Positions 57,275 through 64,000 of a stretch of 64,000 nucleotides of DNA are shown in pieces; positions within the stretch are counted from its first letter, which is position 1, and every line of letters starts with the position of its first letter. The DNA lies in assembly GCA_963711565.1 (NCBI GenBank), contig CAVQEQ010000001.1, positions 960,001-1,024,000 on the forward strand, given 5' to 3'. Both the position numbers and the translations under genes were made by a program. The DNA comes from an uncultured delta proteobacterium. GTDB lineage: Bacteria > Desulfobacterota > Binatia > Binatales > Binataceae. The notes beneath the pieces are model-generated. The model made no database searches. It worked only from the letters and a program-made list of their open reading frames with translations, and had not been told where the DNA came from.

Positions 57275-57598
57275 ATGCTGATCAAGAAACTCGCGCTTGT
57301 GGCTGCCTCCGCCATGCTCCTGACTACCGTTGCGTTTGCCACCAGCGCACGGACTGCCTACGCCGCGGCCAAAGTCGATTGCGACGCCGTAATGAACGAG
57401 GTCAATAGCGGTAAGCATGCCAAGGAAATCGCCTCCGACCTGAACATCTCGACCTCGAGCGTCTATCGCTGCAAGCGTCACGCGAAGGCTGCGGCCAAGG
57501 CCGCGACCAAGTCGCTGCCGTCGGCGGCCTCTTCGGCCGCGATGAGTGCTCCTTCGCCGGCGATGGCGGCGCCCGCGGCGGCTGCCTCTCCGAAGTAA
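57275..57598 (+). CDS. Exported small protein with an HTH-like core and Ala/Pro/Ser tail
   Basis: Sec-type signal ending AYA; DC..VM....SGK.AKEIA.DL.ISTSSVYRC. Confidence 0.75.
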   Translation: MLIKKLALVAASAMLLTTVAFATSARTAYAAAKVDCDAVMNEVNSGKHAKEIASDLNISTSSVYRCKRHAKAAAKAATKSLPSAASSAAMSAPSPAMAAPAAAASPK

Positions 57599-57612
57599 GG
57601 ACTTAGCATCTC

Positions 57613-57647
57613 GACGTATCGCGAGCCGTTATGGCTCGCGATGCGTC
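57613..57647. terminator. Strong hairpin after the 57275 gene
   Basis: GACGTATCGCGAGCCG-TTA-TGGCTCGCGATGCGTC; no clear U tract. Confidence 0.4.
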
Positions 57648-57680
57648 CTGCTGCGCGCAAATCCGGGTGGCCTGATCGCG

Positions 57681-57974
57681 ATGCCGAAATGCGAACTGTG
57701 CGAGCTGCGTGATTACACGCAGCGCTACGCCGATTTCGTTCATCCGTTCAAATTCTCAATCCTCGATTGCGATTCGTGCGACACGCCGATGGCGGTACTC
57801 GGAGACCATCGCGCGGTGCCCACCCACGAGGAGCGCGCATTCATGATCGAGGCGCTGTCGCTGGTCGCGCGCGCGAAGTATGGCGCCGATAAATTCGGCA
57901 TCGACGACGTGATGCGCCAGATTCCTGACCACTGCCACATGCACGCCCGTCCAATTCGGCGCTGGCAATATTAG
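57681..57974 (+). CDS. Small HIT-like Zn-binding protein
   Basis: CELC, CDSC, RQIPDHCHMHAR (HxHxH). Confidence 0.65.
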   Translation: MPKCELCELRDYTQRYADFVHPFKFSILDCDSCDTPMAVLGDHRAVPTHEERAFMIEALSLVARAKYGADKFGIDDVMRQIPDHCHMHARPIRRWQY

Positions 57975-58170
57975 CCGCTGCACCGCGCCCTTCTCGCCGA
58001 CCAAACATATTACGGCGCGGTTTCGCGAGTTTTACCCATTTGGTATGCGCCTCATCTTGTGATATATGCCCGCCGTTACGCGCGCTGCTTGGGGAAGCGG
58101 CGTCGCCGGCCAGAGTTGGCCGCAAGTGCGGCCTTTTTTGGCCGGTTCCCTTCAGGAGGTACGGGGGAAG

Positions 58171-58371
58171 ATGGCTAACGGTACTGTCAAGTGGTTCAGC
58201 CCGAAAAAGGGCTACGGCTTCATCACGATGGAGGACGGGCAGGAAGTGTTCGTTCATTATAGCGCCATCGATGGGGCAGGTTTCCGCTCGCTCGAACAGG
58301 GCGAGCGCGTCGAGTTCGAGGTCGCGCAAGGCCCCAAGGGATTGCAGGCCTCAAACGTCGCCAAGGGATAG
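58171..58371 (+). CDS. Cold-shock domain protein
   Basis: GTVKWF...[22 protein letters not shown]; GGAGG RBS. Confidence 0.96.
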   Translation: MANGTVKWFSPKKGYGFITMEDGQEVFVHYSAIDGAGFRSLEQGERVEFEVAQGPKGLQASNVAKG

Positions 58372-58487
58372 GGCGCGCGGGGGTTTCGGGGAAAGGGGGG
58401 CTGATTCTCTAGAATGCCGAACTGCGGCGCACGACGCGGGCGTGCCGTGGCGTCGGCGTGCCTGCACGTTTGTGCTATGACGCCAGC

Positions 58488-59435
58488 ATGAATGACGCGG
58501 TTCCGCTCGGCAGCCGGCTTCGATTCGGCACGATGGTCTCCACCTCGAGCCGTGAAGAAGCGACCCGCGGCCTCGAATCGATCTCGCAATGGGGTTACGA
58601 AGTCCTGTGGGCGCCCGACCACGTCGCCTTCACGGGCCCCGTCAGCGATCCGCTTACCACCCTCGCATACCTGTCGGCGCTCGATCCCAAACTCACTTTC
58701 GGAACGAGCGTCTACCTGCTGCCGCTGCGCCATCCTGTCCCCGTCGCCAAAATGGTCGCGACGCTGGATAGGCTGCTGGGCGCCGGCCATTTCATTTTCG
58801 GCGTCGGTGTCGGCGGCGAGTTTCCGCGCGAGTACGAAGCCTGCGGCATACCGCTCCGCGAACGCGGCGGGCGCGCGAGCGAGGCGATCCAGGTGATGAA
58901 GCAGCTCTGGACCGGCGATCGCGTCGAGCATCGCGGCAAATACTTCAGCTTCGGCGAAATCAGCATGCAGCCCCGGCCCAAAACCCCGGGCGGCCCTCCA
59001 GTCTGGATCGGCGGACGCGCCGAAGGTCCGCTCAAACGCGCCGCGCGATTCGGCGACGGATGGATGCCGTACGTCGTCACGCCCAAGCGCTTCGCCGACG
59101 GCCTGGATTTCATCGGGACTGAAGCGGAGCGCGCCTGCCGCTGGCTCGCAACCTTCGGCACCTGCATCCAGATCTTCTGCAGGCTCGGCGAGAGCGTCGA
59201 AGCGGCGCACGCGGTCGCAGCGAAATTTCTGAGCAAAAGATACGCGACCGATATGACCGACGCCGCCATGCGTTACGGCGCGCTGGGCCGCCCCGCCGAC
59301 GTAGCCGCAAAGATAAGCGAGTACATCAAAGCCGGCGCCCGCGACATCGGCATCGACGCCGTCACGCATCCGTCTGAACGCGCCGCGCAGCTCGAACAAT
59401 TCGGCAAGGAAGTAATCCCGCTGCTCAGCCTGTAA
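58488..59435 (+). CDS. LLM-class flavin/F420-dependent oxidoreductase
   Basis: WAPDH, LPLRHP..AK..ATLD, GVGVGGE, PPVWIGG, RAARFGDGW. Confidence 0.9.
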   Translation: MNDAVPLGSRLRFGTMVSTSSREEATRGLESISQWGYEVLWAPDHVAFTGPVSDPLTTLAYLSALDPKLTFGTSVYLLPLRHPVPVAKMVATLDRLLGAGHFIFGVGVGGEFPREYEACGIPLRERGGRASEAIQVMKQLWTGDRVEHRGKYFSFGEISMQPRPKTPGGPPVWIGGRAEGPLKRAARFGDGWMPYVVTPKRFADGLDFIGTEAERACRWLATFGTCIQIFCRLGESVEAAHAVAAKFLSKRYATDMTDAAMRYGALGRPADVAAKISEYIKAGARDIGIDAVTHPSERAAQLEQFGKEVIPLLSL

Positions 59436-59478
59436 GTCAGCATGGAGGGGGGCGCGCGATTCGCGAGATTATCGCGAA

Positions 59479-60834
59479 ATGCTAGCCTGCGTGGCGTCGA
59501 TGGCTGGAGAGTTGTTACAAGGTGGCGGCGCGTCGAGGATGGTCAGGCTTCAGATCATCGTGTTCCTGTTCTCGCTGGCCATATTTCTAATCTCGCCTGT
59601 CGTCCAGGTTTCCGATTCACGATATACCGCGCTGCTCAGCGAGTGCTTGTTGCACCATGGCTCGCCCGAGCTCGACGAATATTACAAAGTGCCGGTGCCG
59701 TGGCTCACCGGACTCGCCCACCGTCCCGATGAAGCGAACGAATACCAGCTGGAAAAGGCGCGCGGCCACGTCACCTACTTTTTTCCACATGGCAGCTCGA
59801 TATTGTCGATGCCGCTGGTCGCCGTGATGAACGCGGCGGGAATATCAGCGGCAACGACCGACGGTCGCCTGAACCTGGCAGGTGAGATCAAAATCGAGCG
59901 CGTGATCGCGTCGCTTCTGATGGCGGCACTGACCTGCGTATTCTTCGCGATGGCAGCAATGATGCTGCCGCTAACGTGGAGCTTCGTAGTCGCGCTCGGC
60001 GCCTCGATGGGATCGCAGATTCTGAGCACAGCGTCGCGCGGACTTTGGTCGCACACATGGGAGCTCTTTCTCTGCGGGTTGATCGCGTTCTCGCTTCTTA
60101 ACGCGGCGCATCGCAAACAGCGCATCCGCCCGGTGTGGCTGGCGACTCTGGTCGCATGGGCCTTTTTCGTACGGCCGACTGGAGCTGCGGCTATAGTCGC
60201 CGTGAGCGGCTACGTCTGGTGGGTTCACCGCAGAGAGTTGATCGCATACGCCGCCGCACTCACGGGATGGCTGGCGGCCTTCGCCGGATACTGGTGGCTG
60301 GTATTCAACACGGTACTTCCATCCTACTTCCTGGCGACCCAGACTAACCCTTCAAGCTTCATCGAGGGCTTCGCGGGCAATCTAATCGGTCCGTCACGCG
60401 GACTCTTTGTATTCGTGCCCTCTACGCTGTTCGCGCTGTACCTGATAGTTCGCTATCGAAAGCACGTGATCCACAGATCGCTTGCGCTTTACGCATTCGT
60501 ACAAATCATCGCGCTCGCGATAATAATAGCCAGGTTCTACCGGGGTCAGGGATACAGCTACGGGCCGCGATACTTCGCCGAGGCAATTCCTTCGTTCGTG
60601 CTGCTGGCGATTTTGGGGTTGGATGCGATGAGACGCGCGAAGGAATCGTCGCCTCACCGGATTGAGATCGCGGCGGCGATTTTTCTGGTCGCGGTGAGCG
60701 TCGCGATGAACGCGCGAGGCGCGTGGTCGTTTGCGGGACTGGATTGGACTCTGGACAGGCAGAGTTCGCTTGATGTCTTCGATTGGCGCTATCCGCAATT
60801 TCTGGCGGGTCTGATCGCGCCGCCGAAGGATTGA
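59479..60834 (+). CDS. Multi-pass membrane protein, GT-C glycosyltransferase-like
   Basis: About 10 hydrophobic helices; SDS, FP.G.S, SRGLWSH, VRP, PSRGLF, YGPRY; start uncertain. Confidence 0.65.
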   Translation: MLACVASMAGELLQGGGASRMVRLQIIVFLFSLAIFLISPVVQVSDSRYTALLSECLLHHGSPELDEYYKVPVPWLTGLAHRPDEANEYQLEKARGHVTYFFPHGSSILSMPLVAVMNAAGISAATTDGRLNLAGEIKIERVIASLLMAALTCVFFAMAAMMLPLTWSFVVALGASMGSQILSTASRGLWSHTWELFLCGLIAFSLLNAAHRKQRIRPVWLATLVAWAFFVRPTGAAAIVAVSGYVWWVHRRELIAYAAALTGWLAAFAGYWWLVFNTVLPSYFLATQTNPSSFIEGFAGNLIGPSRGLFVFVPSTLFALYLIVRYRKHVIHRSLALYAFVQIIALAIIIARFYRGQGYSYGPRYFAEAIPSFVLLAILGLDAMRRAKESSPHRIEIAAAIFLVAVSVAMNARGAWSFAGLDWTLDRQSSLDVFDWRYPQFLAGLIAPPKD

Positions 60835-60845
60835 AGCGTTCCCCG

Positions 60846-61790
60846 TTAGCGCGCGAACGCTACCCTCAATGCGTCGGCCGCCTGGCGCTGGCCCTCTTTG
60901 CCCTTGTCCAGACCGTCGGCGAAGCTGACGAAGCCGTGCGTGACGCCTTCATACCGCGTGCAGGTGGTTTTCACGCCCGCCGCGATCAGCCGCCCGGCGT
61001 ATCGCTCGCCTTCGTCGCGCAGCGGGTCGTGGCTGGCGGTCAGCACCAGCGCCGCGGGCAGGCTCTTCAAGTCCTTCGCGCGCAACGGGCATGCGTACGG
61101 ATTATTTTTCTCGGCGATCGTATCGGTGTAATTTTTCCAGAACCATTCCATGTCCGCGCGCGACAGCACGTAGCCGTCGGCCGCGAATTCCTTCTGCGAA
61201 GGAGTGTCGAGCGCGCAGTCGGTGACCGGGTAGAGCAGCAGTTGGAAGTTGATCGCGGGACCGCCGCGATCGCGTGCCATTATCGAGACCGCCGCCGCCA
61301 GGTTTCCGCCCGCGCTGTCACCGCCGACCGCCAGCCGCGCGCCATCCGCGCCGAACGACGCCGCGTTTTCAGCCACCCACTTCGTCGCTGCGTAGCAATC
61401 CTCGGCGCCGGCCGGAAAAACATGCTCCGGCGCGAGCCGGTAATCGACCGACACAATGACGCATCCCGCCTGGTTGGCGAGCGCGCGGCATACTCGGTCG
61501 TGACTCTCCAGATCGCCCAGCACCCATCCGCCGCCGTGAAAATAAACCAGCGCGCCCATCGGCGCATTCCCCTCGGGCGTGTAGATGCGCGCCGCGACGT
61601 CACCTGCGGCGCCCGGGATGTGCCGATCCTCGACGCGATAGATCGCGGGCGGCGGAATCGGATTCGCCTCGAGCAACGCGCGCATCTTGGCGCGCGCCTG
61701 CTCCGCCGTTTCCGCGCGCAGAAACATCGGCCCGGCCGCGTTGAACACGTCGAGCATGATTTTCATCTGGGGATCGAGCGCTGTAGGCAT
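60846..61790 (-). CDS. HSL-family alpha/beta hydrolase (esterase)
   Basis: HGGG, DYRLAPE, GDSAGG, DPLRDEG, HGF. Confidence 0.95.
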   Translation of the reverse strand: MPTALDPQMKIMLDVFNAAGPMFLRAETAEQARAKMRALLEANPIPPPAIYRVEDRHIPGAAGDVAARIYTPEGNAPMGALVYFHGGGWVLGDLESHDRVCRALANQAGCVIVSVDYRLAPEHVFPAGAEDCYAATKWVAENAASFGADGARLAVGGDSAGGNLAAAVSIMARDRGGPAINFQLLLYPVTDCALDTPSQKEFAADGYVLSRADMEWFWKNYTDTIAEKNNPYACPLRAKDLKSLPAALVLTASHDPLRDEGERYAGRLIAAGVKTTCTRYEGVTHGFVSFADGLDKGKEGQRQAADALRVAFAR

Positions 61791-61825
61791 GCGAGATCAT
61801 TAGGCGAGGCAGTACCGAGAGGCAA

Positions 61826-61950
61826 GCGCCGGGATGCGCCCCTAATTCTCGAACTTGTGGAAGTCCGCGCGCCAATGCGCGCGGAACCAGGGCTCGCTGT
61901 CGCGCGTGCCGTATACGTCGGCGCTGACGATCATGTCGTCGCCGGCGATG
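61826..61950. repeat. 125-bp direct repeat, copy 1 (orphan duplicate of the 3' end of the 62858-63613 gene)
   Basis: Identical to 62842-62966 except one synonymous base (61890 G vs 62906 C). Confidence 0.95.
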
Positions 61951-61951
61951 T

Positions 61952-62329
61952 GTGGCATCGACCTCCGGGACCAGCAGCTTGAGCCTGATCCACGACGGGT
62001 CGTCGGTCATCGGATCATTCGATAGCGTATCGGGAAACAGCTGGAGTTTCCTGCCGGGGGCGTTGGACGGATCGTTCACGTCGGGCGGGACCACCACCAC
62101 CTGGGTGCCGCTGATCGACGCCGCCGGATCTACGATCGCGCTGGCTAACGCTGCACAGCTTGACTCGCCTCCGGCGACTTTTTTCTCGTATGATCCATCC
62201 GGAGTGGCAACCGTGAGCGGCGCTGCGAATTCATTCCCGTTCCTGTATCAGGGCCTTGAGCATGAGGTCACCGACCCCGCCAGAAGTAGAGGATGGCTGC
62301 GGAGTATTGGAAAGCGGAGATGGCAATGA
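61952..62329 (+). pseudogene. RHS repeat-associated core fragment
   Basis: PLIDAAGSTIAL...FSYDPSG...NSFPFLYQGLEHE; truncated before the expected YY..RYY....RF...DP segment. Confidence 0.7.
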
Positions 62330-62366
62330 ATACGCCTATGGAAGGCCATGGCTGCGCATACTCTGG

Positions 62367-62837
62367 ATGTTAACGTTTTTTGTTGGCTCAACTTTTGTGC
62401 AGCTGACCAATGGACACTGCGAGGGGCCAAGAGCCGAGCCGGTTTCTATCATTTCGCTTATAGCCCAGCCGCGGACCTACGATGGCAAGAACGTGGTCGT
62501 TACTGGATACCTCAGCTTTGGGTGGGAACGTTCTTTCCTGTTTCTGAGTCCATATGACGCACAGGTTTTCGATAGTAATGCCATCTTTCTCGACATCGGG
62601 AATGCCGCCTTAGGGCATCCTCGAGAGCACAGAGAGTCGGAGAACACACCGACGAAGCAGTGGGCGCTGCTGGACCACGAAACAGTCAACGTAAAGGGAA
62701 CGTTCTACTATCCCGAGAAAGGGGAAGGTGATTATTGGAGTGGCTATCCAAATGGAATCATAACGAACATCACTGGAATGCAACTCCACGAGATACATCC
62801 CAGCCTACCGTTGAGCGAAACGCCGAAGGAGAAGTAG
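62367..62837 (+). CDS. Exported hypothetical protein, immunity-like (possible OB fold)
   Basis: VSIISLIAQP..YDGK.V.V.GY....E...LFL; lower GC; directly downstream of the RHS fragment; start uncertain (ORF open from 62256). Confidence 0.6.
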   Translation: MLTFFVGSTFVQLTNGHCEGPRAEPVSIISLIAQPRTYDGKNVVVTGYLSFGWERSFLFLSPYDAQVFDSNAIFLDIGNAALGHPREHRESENTPTKQWALLDHETVNVKGTFYYPEKGEGDYWSGYPNGIITNITGMQLHEIHPSLPLSETPKEK

Positions 62838-62841
62838 GACC

Positions 62842-62966
62842 GCGCCGGGATGCGCCCCTAATTCTCGAACTTGTGGAAGTCCGCGCGCCAATGCGCGCGG
62901 AACCACGGCTCGCTGTCGCGCGTGCCGTATACGTCGGCGCTGACGATCATGTCGTCGCCGGCGATG
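62842..62966. repeat. 125-bp direct repeat, copy 2
   Basis: Covers the last 109 nt of the minus-strand gene plus 16 nt downstream. Confidence 0.95.
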
Positions 62967-63613
62967 CGGCAATCGAGGTTGGTGTTTTCGTTAACCGCAA
63001 AGGTCGGCGAGAAGCCGTCGGCGCGGATTTTGTACTCGTCGAAGTCCAGCATCGATCGCATCAAGGCGTACGCGTGCCCGTCGGTCGAGATCGGCACCAC
63101 CTGCCCGCGCGGATTGATAATCTTCTCGTTCGGCTCGACGCCGGTTTGGGTGAACGTGAGCGTGAACGGTTGATCGCCGACGCGCTTGTAGCACAGCCGG
63201 TAGGTCTTCGGTGTCCAGAAACCGATTTTCGGCGCGCCGGGTTCGCGCCGGATCCAATCGAGTTGCGTCACCTGTCCGCTCCAGCATCCGCGGAACACCG
63301 AGGGCAGCGCGGGCGCGGCCTGCGCGGTCATCGGCGCGACGTTGATCGGCGGCGGCGAGGTTTGCGGCGGCGGCGGGTTCGAATACTGCGGCAGCAGTTG
63401 AATCGTGTCGCCGTTGTCGCCGCCAGCCAGCGCCAACCTGATTAGCGGTGGCGGAGCCGGGGACGGCGGAACGTACGGCTGATACTGATTCGACGGTCCG
63501 GGGACCTCGAGCGATGACTGCGCGCGGGCCGCTTGCATGCCAATCGGGACCACTCCGCAAATTAGCGCGCACAATATAAGGACGCGTGTGAGCATCGAGC
63601 TGCCTGGTTCCAC
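62858..63613 (-). CDS. Exported hypothetical protein (Pro-rich N-region, beta-rich C-domain)
   Basis: Signal peptide ending ARA; LP..FRGCWSG; coding-like codon usage. Confidence 0.75.
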   Translation of the reverse strand: MEPGSSMLTRVLILCALICGVVPIGMQAARAQSSLEVPGPSNQYQPYVPPSPAPPPLIRLALAGGDNGDTIQLLPQYSNPPPPQTSPPPINVAPMTAQAAPALPSVFRGCWSGQVTQLDWIRREPGAPKIGFWTPKTYRLCYKRVGDQPFTLTFTQTGVEPNEKIINPRGQVVPISTDGHAYALMRSMLDFDEYKIRADGFSPTFAVNENTNLDCRIAGDDMIVSADVYGTRDSEPWFRAHWRADFHKFEN

Positions 63614-63739
63614 TGTACTATAGTACGACGCATTTCTGGTGCCGCTTCATCGTGCCGATTGCGCCATAGCTTGACCCCGAAGCGACAGCTACCATCGAAA
63701 AAAGCGCGCAGCAGCCTCGCGTAACAATTGCCGATCAAG

Positions 63740-64000
63740 ATGAGCGATCAAAATATAGATTTCGATGCGGCGTGGGCTGTCAGCCAGGCGCCTGCGACCG
63801 GTCGGCGCGCCCAGGCGCATCGATTAGCCAACGCGATGCGCCGCGTGATCGACCATCTGGTGCAGGTCGCCGCCCCCGAGGACGACTTGTCCGCCGCCGC
63901 CGACGCGTTGGAGCGCTACGCCAAACGCCTCTCGAAGTATCCAATCTCGCGCAGCTACGAAGGGTTTGCCGAGAGCGCCAACGCCGGCGATCCGCACGCG
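63740..64000 (+). CDS. Partial gene, probably the N-terminus of a PaaI-family thioesterase (runs off the window)
   Basis: RLANAMRRVIDHLV...A....L.AAADALE...L; GFAESANAGDP. Confidence 0.55.
   Translation, partial: MSDQNIDFDAAWAVSQAPATGRRAQAHRLANAMRRVIDHLVQVAAPEDDLSAAADALERYAKRLSKYPISRSYEGFAESANAGDPHA

Noticed and set aside
1-64000. Many long antisense or alternate-frame ORFs (e.g. 48371-49906, 30082-31437, 32038-33372, 60783-61982)
   Set aside because: They shadow well-supported genes, are Arg/Ala-rich and lack motifs, as expected in high-GC DNA.
1-64000. CRISPR array, rRNA, tRNA, prophage or IS transposase
   Set aside because: No regularly spaced repeat-spacer series, no recognisable RNA-gene signatures, and no integrase, transposase or phage structural ORFs seen.

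Overview
GC-rich bacterial chromosomal window of about 65 genes. Gene content and style suggest Candidatus Binatia (inference only). I saw no rRNA, tRNA, CRISPR array, integrase or transposase. Most of it is housekeeping or catabolic: ribE, mtnA, a Dpp-type ABC transporter, gnd-zwf-fbp-glk-fbaB, a DEAD-box helicase, csp, and hydrolases/oxidoreductases. Five things stand out. (1) A ppx / tandem 'thymidylate kinase'-like / CHAD / sixA operon that looks like a bacterial heteromeric family-3-type polyphosphate kinase module. (2) A ~9.5-kb VWA / FHA / Ser-Thr kinase / pseudokinase-PP2C / receptor kinase / membrane-FHA locus whose linkers carry repeated T-x-x-L/I motifs. (3) An 891-bp RHS-remnant plus immunity-like insert flanked by a 125-bp duplication of a gene 3' end. 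(4) A recurring G>A signature at CG sites (GTCGAC / CGACGT) that converts conserved Asp to Asn, plus extra-A frameshifts, pointing to a DNA-modification motif and/or long-read consensus error. (5) Several structured intergenic repeat families, one showing compensatory base-pair changes. All family assignments come from motif recognition by eye; no searches were run.
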